Source: Callorhinchus milii
Lineage: Eukaryota
DNA length: 64,000 nucleotides
NCBI RefSeq assembly: GCF_018977255.1
Contig: NW_024704742.1
Location: 9,426,001-9,490,000 of the forward strand
Reading direction: 5' to 3'
Part shown: positions 24,042 to 35,121 of the stretch, piece by piece
Layout of the letters: every line of letters starts with the position of its first letter
Position numbering within the stretch: the stretch's first letter is position 1
Notes under the pieces: generated by a model
The model's input: the letters and a program-made list of their open reading frames with translations, nothing else
The model's database searches: none
What the model was told of the DNA's origin: nothing
Position numbers and translations under genes: made by a program

Positions 24042-26135
24042 TCAAAGAGAAAGGTTTTGAGACCGGCCTTGAAGGAGGAAAGGGAGGAAGCGGCGAAGGC
24101 ACTGGGGGATGGAGTTCCAGAGCCTCGGGGCTGAGAGGCTGAAGGCCCGACCACCGATGGTAGGGCGGTTGGGGCGGGGGACGTGGAGCAGACCGGAGCC
24201 AGAGGAACGGAGGGTACGGGCAGGTAGGTAGGGGGATAGTAGGTTGGAGAGGTAGGAGGGAGCAAGGCCGTGAATGGCCTTGTAGGTGAGGATGAGGATC
24301 TTGAAATCAATCCTCTGGGGGATGGGGAGCCAGTGGAGGCGAGCGAGGGTGGGAGTGATGTGGTCCCGAAGCCTGGTGCGGGACAGTACACGAGCTGCAG
24401 AGTTCTGAATGACCTGCAGCTTGTGGAGGGAGGTGGCGGGAAGGCCGGCGAGGAGAGAGTTCCCATAGTCCAGCCTTGAGGTGACAAAGGCGTGGACCAG
24501 GGTTTCAGCAGCGTGAGGGGTGAGGTAATGCCGTAGTCTGGCGATATTCCGGAGGTGATGGAAGGCGGTGCCAGTTGTGGTGCGGATGTGAGGGAGAAAG
24601 GACAGCTCAGGGTCGAACAAAACGCCGAGGTTCCTGACTGGCTTTGAGAGGTGGAGAGTGCAGCCTTGGATGCTGATGGTGTCAGCGCCTGAGGTGCGGA
24701 GGCGCTGACGTGAGCCAATCAGGAGGGCCTCGGTTTTTCGCACGTTGAGCTGAAGAAAGTTGTCTCTCGTCCAGGACTCGATGTCGGACAGGCAGCTGTC
24801 AGGACATCGGTGGTCGTGGAGTTGAGAGTAGAGGAGGAAAGGTAGAGTTGGGTGTCATCCGCATACATGTGGAAGTTAACTCCATGTCTGCGGATGATGT
24901 CACCAAGGGGGAGCATATAGAGGGTGAAGAGGAGGGGACCGAGGACAGAGCCCTGAGGGACACCACATGAGACAGTACGGGGGGTGGAGGAGAAGCCATT
25001 CGTCGAGACAAAGTGAAGACGGTGAGAAAGGTACGACCTAAACCATTCAAGGACAGTGCCTTGAAGGTTGAGGTGGGAGGACAAGCGGTGGAGTAGGATA
25101 GCGTGGTCGACCGTATCGAATGCTGCCGATAGGTCGAGGAGGACGAGGAGACAGAGGGAGCCCTGGTCACAGATGGTCAGGATATCATTGGTGACCTTGA
25201 CCAGGGCAGTTTCTGTGCTATGGGCAGCACGGAAACCTGACTGAAGGGGTTCGAAAAGAGAATGGGTGGAAAGGAAAGAGCGCAGTTGGGAGGCGACAAC
25301 TCTTTCCAAGACCTTGGAGAGAAAGGGGAGGTTGGAGATGGGCCGGTAGCTTGATAGCTGCGACGCATCAAGGGAGGGTTTTTTCAGGGTGGGCGTGATG
25401 ATGGCAGTTTTTAATGGAATGGGGACAGAGCCAGAGGAGAGGGACAGGTTGATGATGTCAGTGATATGTGGGGCAAGAAAGTGGAGCTGGGAGATAAGGA
25501 GTGGAGTGGGGATGGGGTCAAGGGAGCAGGTGGTTGGTTTTAGGGATAGGATGAGTTCAGTGACAGAGGGTGGGGAAACGGGTACGAAGGTGTGTAGGGG
25601 AGGATGGGTAGGAGTCGGAGTGTGGGAGGGAAGGGGTGGGTGGTGGGTGGAAGTTGGAGGGGAAGTGACCGCGGAGCGGATTCCCTTGATCTTGGATTCA
25701 AGGAAATCCAGCATCTCCTCGCAGTGAAGGTTGGAGGAGATGACCTGCGCGGGGTGGCGGGGGGGACGGAGGAGTCGGGTTGTGGTGGAAAACAGTAGCC
25801 TGGGGTTGTTCTTCGCCTCCAGGATTATCCTGGAGTAGAAGGACGACTTGGCCGAGGCTAGAGTGGAGCGGTAAATTTTGAGGAGGTCCAGCCAGATTTG
25901 TCGGTGGACCGTTAGGCCAGATTTGACACAGGTGCGTTCAGCAGCCCGCACCTGGCATTTCAGTGAGCGGAGGTGGGTGGTGTACCAGGGGGAGGAGCGG
26001 GAGTAGGAGACAGTGCGGGAAGTGATGGGGGCAAGAGTATCGAGTGTGGAGGAGAAGGTATTGTTGAGGAGGGAGAGAGGAGAGGAGAAGAGGGGTCGGT
26101 GAGGGTTGAAGGCCAGAGGGAGAGGAGTTAAGAGG
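24042..26135 (-). pseudogene. L2 reverse transcriptase and C-terminus, frameshifted at about 26135, 24795 and 24092
   Basis: [74 protein letters not shown] and LHWLPIPQRIDFK. Confidence 0.95.
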
Positions 26136-26850
26136 CATCGGTTAGGGATTGTGGGGGTAACTTCTTCCAAGGGCGGTAGAAGATGGTGGTGGGTCTGGTG
26201 GAGGTGGGGAGGGGGGTGGAGGTGGTGAAGGAGATGAAGTAGTGGTCAGAGATGGCCTTGTCGGTAATAGTGACATCCGAGACACTGAGGCCCCGGGTGA
26301 TCACCAAATCGAGTGGGTGGCCGTGACTGTGAGTGGGGGAGTTTATGTGTAAGGAGAGGTTGAGTGAGGAGAGCAGGGAAGAGAAGTCTGTGGAGATGGA
26401 GCAGGAGGGGGTGAAGTGTAGGTTAAAGTCGCCCAGGATGATGAGGCGATCGGAGCAGAGGCAAAGAGATGTGAGGAGTGTTGAAATGTCAGAGATGAAG
26501 GTGGGAGAGGTTTTAGGGGGCCGGTAGAGGAGGAGGATTTTAAGGGAGAGGAATGAGGGGTGGGAGAGGGTGAGGTGCTCAAAGGAGGGGAAAGAGCCAG
26601 TGGAGTAGGGGGATAGGGCAAGTGGTGTCCTTGAGATAAGGGCAACACCACCGCCACGGCGGTTGGGGCGGGGGATGTGGTGGGAGGTGTAGCCGGGTGG
26701 CGTGGCCTCCGTGAGGGGGAAGGTGTCGCCTGGGGTGAGCCAGGTTTCCGTTAAGGCCATGATATCAACGTTCTCATCAAGGATGAGATCGTTGATGACC
26801 AGGGCCTTGTTGCAGAGGGAGCGGACATTTTGCAGTCCGATGTGGAGGGA
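26128..26850 (-). pseudogene. L2 apurinic-like (APE) endonuclease domain
   Basis: Motifs GLQNVRSL, ALTETWL, RRGGGVA, LYRPP, ILGDFN, PTHSHGHPLDLV and SDHY, all in one frame. Confidence 0.93.
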
Positions 26851-27524
26851 GCGGTTGACAGAAGGGTGTGTGGGAGGGGAGGGGGGTCCAGGTTGTGAGG
26901 CAGGGGTGGGGGAGATGGGGATGAGGGAGGAGAGGTTGACTCCCCGGGTCTGTGTCCGGGGTGGGTGGCGAGTGTGGTGGGGAATGGGGCAGTCGGTGTG
27001 GCTGCTGCTGGACAGCCAACGCCGAGTGCCGCGGTGAGCCCGGCGGAGGATTCCCAGGGTGGAACAGAGGGAGGTTGTGGGAGGGTCAAGTGGGGATAGA
27101 AGACGAGAGGGACGGAGAGAGAGGAGGAGAGAGCGGGAGAGATGCAGAGGGGGGAGGGTTTGGGGGGAGAGAGGAGGGGGAGGGAGGGAGGGGGTGAGGG
27201 GGCTCGGGTCAAAGCGGCAGCCATAGTGCGCACGCGGGGACCGGGAGCGAGCGGTCAGGTGGATGGCATTATCCCGTAGATTGGGGCAGCGAACCCAACA
27301 GGACCATAGTGGGCTCTGATGTGAGCCCTGGGGGGGGGCGCAGAGGGTTTTTTTTTTTTTCTTCTTTTTTGTACTTCACTTTACAGAAAAGAAAACCTCT
27401 GCAAAGGGCCTTCAGACATTTTGATATAATATACTACATCAAACTCAGAAATTATTATTTTATTATTCTCAGAGATATTATAAGAGATACAAGAAAACAC
27501 TTCCTTTTGATATGGAAATCATCA

Positions 27525-28085
27525 TAAGCAATGCATTTGATATAGCAACTTATCACTTGGTCAAAATTTCTCAAAGTCCTTCAGATGATTTCATGTGAAT
27601 TGCTGCGATTGTATTTCTAGGTGAACACAGCAGCCAATTGCCCACACAACAATGTCTCACAAATAGGTATGACCAATATTATCTGGGGTTTTGTTGATCA
27701 AAACACCAGGAGAAACCTTCTTCCTTTTTTAAATAATAATAATCCTTCCACTTGATATAGCGTCTTATCACATCTTCAAGATGTCTCAAAGCTCTTCACA
27801 GAATATACTGCAAAGTGAAATTAACTGTATATTTGTGGGCAAATCGCGGCAGTCAATTGCACACAGCAGTGTCCCACAAACAATCGTGGATTGAAGTGAC
27901 ACTTTTTTTTTGAACAAGCAGATTTCTAGTGTCATTTGAAGGACAGCAGCTCAGACACTTCACACTTTAGCACTCCCCTGTACTGCGCTGGAATGTTAGC
28001 CAACACTGTGAGGTCAAAATCCCCATGTGGGACATGAACTCGCAGCTTTCTGACCCTGAGGTGAGAGTTAGCTGGTCTGACAACA
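27525..28085 (-). mobile_element. Deu-type SINE with a nested SINE tail at about 27730-27900
   Basis: Two tail copies, a degraded Deu-like segment and a tRNA-like head at about 28020-28082. Confidence 0.6.
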
Positions 28086-28131
28086 AGTTTCTGTTTGTTA
28101 ATCAGAGTTTTCTGCAGTATTCATGTGTCAA

Positions 28132-28900
28132 GATACCTGGGTATCTTGTTTGACCCTGAACTGTCTTTTCTCCCCCACATCCGCGCCATGACCGGCACTG
28201 CCTACCACCACCTCCGCAACATTGCCAGACTCCGCCACTGCCTCACCCCTCAGGCTGCCGAAACACTCACCCACGCATTCGTCCTCTCAAAGCTTGATCA
28301 CGGGAACTCCCTTCTGATTGGCCTTCCCAACTCTTCCCTGGGAAGAGGAAGGTGCAGATCATCCAAAACTCTGCAGCTCGTGTACTTTCACACACCAGAC
28401 TCCGTAACCCCATCACTCCTATCCTCGCCCGACTACACTGGCTCCCCATCCCCCAGAGGATCGAGTTCAAGATCCTCGTCCTCACCTTTAAGGCCATCTA
28501 TGGCCTTGTCCCTTCCTACCTCTCTGACCTGTTGACTCCCTACCAACCTGCTTGCTCCCTCCATTCAGCGGGCTCTGGCCTGTTCCATGTCTCCCGCTCG
28601 ACCTGCTTTATCATCGGTGGCCGGGCTTTTAGCCCCTCTGCCCCAACACTTTTGAACTCCATCCCATGGTCCCTTCACCTCGCTTCCTCCCTTGCCTCCT
28701 TCAAGGCCGGTCTCAAGAACCTTCTATTCGACTGTGCCTTTGGTCTCCCTCCCACCTCTCTGCCATCCCTCACCCCTACACCACCCCTCCCCCATGCTCG
28801 TTCCCAACATCTGACTGTTCAGCGCTTTGGGACGTCCTCCCGACGTGAAAGGTGCTCTATAAATGTAATTTTGTTGTTGTTTGTTGTTGTTGTTGTTGTC
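28132..28900 (+). mobile_element. 5'-truncated L2 LINE
   Basis: LGILFDPELSFLPHI, IQNSAARVL, LHWLPIPQRIEFK; tail stem-loop and (TTG)n. Confidence 0.93.
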
Positions 28901-28904
28901 GACT

Positions 28905-29160
28905 AAAATACCACTTGCACACTCTTCACCTCTTGTTGCTCATCCATAATCTTCAGCAGTACACCACTGAAATTCTCTGAGATTTTGCACAAGCCAAATT
29001 ACCAGAGAAAACGTTCCCTCAGGCAGTAGCTTGGAATACATTGCTATTTCATCAGCATTCACAATATTCTCAGGTGCATAATAAGCCAACAACAGAGATA
29101 AAGTATCTCCACCCCATTGCACTACTGATGTCGATCCACATCTGCTCACTCATTGTGGGC
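28905..29160 (-). pseudogene. pogo/Tigger-family transposase fossil
   Basis: W...LSLLLAYYAPENIVNADEIAMYSKLLPEGT resembles the Tigger/CENP-B DDE motif Y.PEDIFNADETGL..KLLP..T; flanked by the out-of-frame pieces E*ADVD and RGEECK. Confidence 0.65.
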
Positions 29161-29484
29161 CCTGCTTAACATCTGAAATGTGTCTCTCTTTCTGTTATAC
29201 TAATAATCTTCCAGGTGGCTCCAAGCTAGTTTTCCCCACAGCCCTATTAATTTATATTGCTTTAGCCAGCAGCAAGGTTCCTAATAACTTTCTTTCCTTT
29301 GCTTGAGAAGAATTAAAGGGTGTTTAGTAGCACCTCATTGATCCCTGGTTACGTGCTATGTCTCTTCCTTGTACCCATTTCAGCTTGCGCCTGCTGTTCC
29401 CGACCAGAGTGCAATGCCATTCATTGCAAAAAAAAGGAGACCACACTTTGGCTTAACTCTGGTGCTTTGTTGCACCGATGTCAA

Positions 29485-29615
29485 GCCCAGCTCAGCTCAG
29501 CTCAGCTCAGCCCAGCTCAGCCAAGCCCAGCCCAGCTCAGCTCAGCTCAGCTCAGCTCAGCCCAGCTCAGCCAAGCCCAGCCCAGTTCAGCTCAGCCCAG
29601 CCCAGCCCAGCCCAG
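29485..29615. repeat. pentamer microsatellite (CAGCT/CAGCC)n
   Basis: Directly visible tandem array. Confidence 0.95.
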
Positions 29616-30787
29616 CGGGATAACCATGGCTCGCTGAACACTCCTGTCTGCTCCAAGTCTCAGCGTGCACACATTGGCTGCCGCAATTGACCTGAGCTGC
29701 TTCCCCAAGATGTTCCTGACCCCGTCCCCTTCCCTCCACTACTCCCGCTCAACCCTCCGGCTGCTCTGACTCCTATCTCCCCTTTGGTGACATCATCCGC
29801 AGACACGGGGTCAACTTCCATGTGTATGCGGAAGACACCAAACTGTATCTTTCTGCCTCCACCCTCAACTCCAGGATCACTGCTGTCCTGACAGACTGCC
29901 TGTCAGGTCCTGGATGAGTGCAACTTTCCTACAATTGAATGTGAACAAGACTGAGGCCCTCCTGATTGGCTCGCGCCAGCGCCTCAGCACCTCAGGCTCT
30001 GGCAGCATCAACCTCCATGGTTGCACACTTCAGCTCACCAAGCCAGTCAGGAACCGAGGTGTCTTGTTCAACCCTCAACTGTCTTTTCTTCCCCACATCC
30101 AAGCCATGACGCACTCTGCCTTCCCTCACCTCCGTAACATCGCCCGACTCCGCCACTACCTCACCCCTCAGGCCGCTGAAACTCTTGTTCATGCCTTTAT
30201 CACCTCCAGGCTCGACTATGCAAATGTCCTGCTTGTCGGCCTTCCCAATTCCTCCCTCCACAGACTGCAGATAATCCAGAACTCTGCAGCCCGTGTCCTC
30301 TCCTGCACCAAACTCTGTGATCCCATTTCCCTCATTCTCGCCCAACTCCATTGGCTGCCTATCCTTCAGAGGATCCAGTTCAAGACCCTGGTTCTCACCT
30401 ACAAAGCCCTCCATGGCCTCACTCCACCTTACCTCTGTGACCTCCTAACCCCTTACCAACCCGCCCGCTGCCTCTGCTCAGCCGGCTCTGGCCTGCTCCT
30501 CGTCCCCCGACCCACCCGCCCCACCATTGGCGAGAGAGTCTTCAGCCACTCTGCCCCCAACCTCAGGAATTCCATCCCCCAATCACTCCGCCTCACCCCC
30601 TCCTTCGCCTCCTTCAAGTCCCGCCTCGAAACCGTCCTCTTCAACCATGCCATCGGTCATCCCCCTTCCCCTCCCTTCTCCCTCCCTGACCACAGCTCGG
30701 GTCTGAAATGTTGTAACTGTCCAGAGCCTTGGGACGTCATCCCGATGTGAAAGGCGCTATACAAGTGTAATCTTGTTGTTGTTGTTG
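29616..30787 (+). mobile_element. internally deleted L2 (5' leader joined to RT C-terminal half)
   Basis: 29616-29700 resembles the 5' leader of the full-length L2; the RT half starts at about 29777; ORF 29914-30750; (TTG)n tail. Confidence 0.85.
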
Positions 30788-31109
30788 TAAATCACATCAT
30801 AGGATTGTTTCCTCTAATTCTGCTGTGTAGATTTAATCATGTTCCATCCTTCCTCATGCCATTACTGCGAAATATAAATGCCAGTACCTATCCATGTTAA
30901 ATCAATACGAGTTCTGTGTATAGCGAATGGAGCACTGCCTCACTGAACGGTTCAAATATTGATCCTGCATGACTTTGGTCTCTGCTGAGCAGTCCTTCCG
31001 GATCTCATTTTCTCATTGCATGGCTATTTCCTGCAACAAAATGGAGTCCCGTAGCAATTGGGCTGCCACCTTTCGCCCACAAAATACAAAATCAATCCGC
31101 TTTAAAATA

Positions 31110-31262
31110 TAACACAAAATACTGCAGATGCTGGAAATCTGAAAATAAAAACAGAAGTCGCTGGGAACACTCAGCAGGTCAGGCAGCATCTATGGAGAAA
31201 GGAAAGTTTCAGGTCCACATTTCGTTGACTCACTTTCCCAGCGACTTCTGCTTTTGTTTTTC
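31110..31262. mobile_element. third copy of the palindromic element (centre deleted), nested in a SINE 3' domain
   Basis: AAAATACTGCAGATGCTGGAAATCTG...CAGAAGTCGCTGGGAA...TTCCCAGCGACTTCTG; the flanks repeat CTTTAAAATATA (about 31100 and 31264). Confidence 0.75.
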
Positions 31263-31528
31263 ACTTTAAAATATATTCTGCAAAGCACTTTGAGATGTCT
31301 CAATGGCATGATAAGGTGCTATATTAAATGCAAGGATTATTATTATAAAATGAGATTGACCTGAAGAGGCATCTAGTATACCATTAGCCTTTTAGCCATG
31401 GTTTTACTTAGGCCCAAAGCAGGTCCTTTTGAAACCTCCCGGACAGACAACGGCTATGTCCCTGGACTTCCTGAGAGCGGTGCAGGGGCACTGATGGACA
31501 CACATGTTACATCACACCAATCTCTCGT

Positions 31529-31859
31529 GGAGTCCTGCAGCTCAGTGGTTAGAGCACTCGCTTTGCAAGTGAGAGACCTGAGTTCAATTCCAGGCAGAGG
31601 GCGAAACCTTGGGCATATTTCCTTACTCCACACAGAGCCTAATAATAATCCCTCCAAAAACCAAAAATAATAATAAATTGGTCATTTTCAATTTACGACT
31701 GTTTGTGGGACATTGCTGTGCGCAATTGGCTGCCACGTTCGCCCACAAATATACAGTCAATTCATTTACAGTGTGTTCTGTGACGCGCTTTGGGACGTCC
31801 TCCCGACGTGAAAAGCGCTAAATCAAATGCAAGGATTATTATTATTATTATTATTATTA
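31529..31859 (+). mobile_element. young tRNA-Ala-derived SINE, short subfamily
   Basis: Near-identical to 12585-12916. Confidence 0.93.
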
Positions 31860-32019
31860 ATCTGCTTCAGCTGTGTGCCATATGCCTGGAATGTGCTCCT
31901 CTGGAGAACAAGTAACATTGAGAATGCCATCAGCAATTGCAGAGGTGTTGAGAATTCATTTGAAGTATTTCCCAATGAAGTACAATAACTACAGTCACAG
32001 TGGAATTGTCAGCCTGGGC

Positions 32020-32128
32020 AACAAATACGAAAACAACAGTCGCCTGGAATACTCAGCGGGTCAGGCAGTATCTAAGGAGAGAGGAAAATTAGTTAACGTT
32101 TCAGATCGATGACCTTTCGTCAGAACTC
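32020..32128. mobile_element. fourth copy (single arm) of the palindromic element
   Basis: AGTCGCCTGGAATACTCAGCGGGTCAGGCAGTATCT..GAGAGGAAAATTAGTTAACGTTTCAG matches the left arm at 10203-10295. Confidence 0.75.
32091..32127 (-). ncRNA. minimal type I hammerhead-like motif (best-preserved copy)
   Basis: Minus strand: AGTT-CTGACGA-A-AGGTC-ATC-GATCT-GAAA-CGTT-AACT; stem I AGTT/AACT, stem II with one G-U pair, palindromic AACGTT in place of stem III. Confidence 0.55.
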
Positions 32129-33094
32129 CAGTGTAACTCCCTTCTCTTTTCAAACAATACCATGTGATTTTAGAGAAGGGTGTTTCTTCTCCAGAGTCCT
32201 GGCCTCCAGTCCCCTGGAGAAAATCAGTTGTGTACCTCATGGCTGGTCTGTGGGACATTGCTAAGTGCCAAAATTGGCTGTTTGTTCACCTACCAAATAC
32301 ACAGTCACTGCACTTTATAGTAAATGCTGTGAAGCGCTTTGAGCTGTTCTCCTGACATGAAAGTTGCGATATCAAATGCAAGGCTTGTTATTATTTTTTG
32401 ACGTGCATATGAACAGACAGACAGAATCTCAATGTAACTTTTCAGTGAAAGTAAAGCGTTTCTAACAATATGGCGTAGTAAGAACAATAGAGCAATTGGA
32501 GAATCAACAAGCACTGCGTTACAGTGTCAGCCTGGATCATGAGTTCAAAGTTCTGACTTGGGGCCTAAAGCTGACACAGAACCAGAGAGTGACCAACCTT
32601 AAGACCTTCCCCTTCAACCACCTCACCTCCCTCTCCCCCTGGATCGGCACTGGGCTCCGCCATTGTTAAGTGCTCTGAGCCAGACTCATGCACTGCCAGA
32701 ACCAAGTTCTATAACACACATTGGAATCTAAGTTGCAATCTTTACAAAGCAGATTCTTTATGTTAATTGTGACTTCCGGTTGGATATCGGATTGAGAAAT
32801 TCACAGCCGCTGCTGTTTTGCTTGCCGATCTTTTTAATGGACTTTTCCAGCTTGCTGTTTGCCGTTTCTTCACCTGCAAATTTCACATGGTTCAGTCAGA
32901 TTTGGCACAAGTAATTTGGTTTTGCGAATTTTGGAAGTTAGACGATTAGCCTGTTTCAGCAAGCTCCACTCGGCACAGCGAAAGGCAACACAAGCTAAAT
33001 CAGGTACTACTTTATTACACTCGGTGACAGTTTAAACTGTTGGCAAACTTTTTGTTTACTACAACGGGTTTGCATTGTTGTAATCAATATCAAT

Positions 33095-33420
33095 GTCTTC
33101 CTCCGCTCATCAGGCTCCGGCCTGCTTCAGTCCCCTGCCTCACCCACCCCACCATTGGCTGGTGGGGTTTCAGCCACTCTGCCCCCACGCTCTGGAACTC
33201 CATCCTGCAGTCTTGCCCCCTCCCTTGCCTCCTTCAAGACCTGTCTCAAGACCCTCCTCTTCGACCGTGCTTTTGATCACCCTCCTTCCCCCCACCCTAT
33301 AACCTCCCCTATCCCAACCCCCAGCTCAGATCCAAAACTCTGATTGTACAGCGCCTTGGGATGTCCTCCTCATATGAAAGGTGTAAAACAAATGTAATTT
33401 TGTTGTTGTGTTGTTGTTGC
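33095..33420 (+). mobile_element. L2 3' fragment
   Basis: PTIG..FSHSAPTLWNSI, SFKTCLKTLLFDRAF; tail and (TTG)n. Confidence 0.88.
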
Positions 33421-33454
33421 CGAGAAACCTGAACCAAATTATCTTCGAATAATA

Positions 33455-33753
33455 TTAATAATAATCCTTGCATTTGATTTAGTGCTTTTCACGTCTTCTC
33501 GACGTCTCAAAGCGCTTCACAAAATAGACTGTAAAGTGAATTGACCGTATATTTGTGGGCACAACGTGGCAACCAACTGCACACAATAGTGTCCCACAAA
33601 CAGTCGTGGATTGAAAATGACCAATTTATTATTGTTTTTGTTTTAGGAGGGATTATTATTAGGTGTGTGGAAACTTGCCCAAGGTTTCGCCCTGCCTGGA
33701 ATTGAACCCAGGTGTCTCGCCTGCAAGGCGAGTCCTCTAAGCTACAGGACTCC
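33455..33753 (-). mobile_element. tRNA-derived SINE, short subfamily
   Basis: Reverse-complement tail, 3' domain and head ending GCTACAGGACTCC. Confidence 0.88.
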
Positions 33754-33844
33754 ATAGGACTTTTTGCTTGGTAATAGCCGGAATGTGGGAGAGAGAGGGA
33801 GAAAAACACCCATTAAGCATATGATCTCGAAAGAAAGAACTTTT

Positions 33845-34160
33845 CAAACTCAATGCACTCCACAGGATATACTGTGAAATCGGGGTAAATGTGTATTTGT
33901 AGGCAAATGCAACAGCTTTTTGCCTCAACAATGTCTCATAATCAGCCACGGAATGAGTGACCAATTTTATTTGGGGGATTGTTGGCCAAGACACCATGTT
34001 AAACTCCCTTCTTTTTTCAAATAATGCCATGGGATCTTTAACGTGCACCTGAACAGGCAGACGGGACCTGGATTTAACATTTCATCCAAAGGACGACACC
34101 TCCAACCATGCAGTACATCCCCTAGTGCAGTATTGGAGCATCACCCTAGACTATGTGAGC
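33845..34160 (-). mobile_element. Deu-type SINE
   Basis: GCCATGGGATCTTTAACGTGCACCTGAACAGGCAGACGGGACC is the reverse complement of the Deu-like domain. Confidence 0.78.
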
Positions 34161-35121
34161 TCAAAGACTATGTGAATATGTGACTATTTGATCCTGTGTT
34201 ACGTTTCGGTGTGAATAAAATAACCTTTTAATGAAGACAAGATCACTTTAAGTCTAAATTTTTTAAAAAATTGCTTACAGAAAACAAACTTTTTAAATTT
34301 TAAAATTTTTTAAAAAAATTCAATTTGGCTGCCGCGTTTCACCCACAAAACACACAGTTACTACACTTTACAGCATATCCTGTGAAGTGCTTTAAGACAT
34401 CTTGAAGACGAGGTAAGACACTATAATCAAATGCAAGGATTATTATAATTATTATTGTTTAAATGCTGATTAACGAGGTTATGTTTCACAGAGATAAAAC
34501 ATCACATACATAATTGGGTGGGGGGGTGCTCAGAAATATGGGAGGGGCAATTGACAATATTTTATAACAAATCCCTAATAATATAAAAGAAATTCATCTA
34601 TTGTGTCATAAACTTACATTTTTCTGAAATAAAGAGAACAATTGTGAATTCTGCTATGAAGTGGAACTAGAAAATATACATACACAGTGCATGGAAAGAG
34701 GGAAAATAGGTGAATATTTTGGAATCTGATCACAGTGCTGTGTATTTGAAGGCTACCATGCCTTACTATACATCTGTAAGAGATGCAGTTTGCTGTACAC
34801 CAGGGAAGCATTTTGTTGCTGTTGTAAAAAGTAAAATTCTGGCACATTAAAACCAGGGTTAAAGATCAGTGGTTGTATTTTTCAAACTACGCATTCTGAT
34901 CTCTCTCCCTCGCACTGCCTTCTCCAGCAAGCAAGACGACTTCCCTGGTTGATAGCTTTAACAATTAACGGAGCAATAGAAAGCAAAAAAGAAATTTAAC
35001 TTTGTTAACAGTGATCTTCATTGTTTGTAAATGTGTCCGATGCTAAAAGGATTGCAGATAGTCAGCTTCTAAAATAAATAGAGTAAAATTCCTATGAAGC
35101 ACTTTGAGACGTCTCAACAAC

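Larger units (their letters stand above)
23827..27330 (-). mobile_element. near-full-length single-ORF L2-clade LINE (about 3.5 kb)
   Basis: Continuous APE endonuclease, RT and L2-type C-terminus on the minus strand; 3' stem-loop and (TTG)n tail; no ORF1 visible; 5' boundary approximate. Confidence 0.95.

Noticed and set aside
27230..27345. HDV-like ribozyme at the L2 5' end
   Set aside because: A hairpin is present, but I could not build the nested double pseudoknot or find a catalytic C in a J4/2-like context.
29485..29615. Immunoglobulin switch-like GAGCT/GGGCT pentamers on the minus strand
   Set aside because: Only about 130 bp, with no Ig exons nearby, and a similar pentamer array occurs at 50895; treated as a microsatellite.
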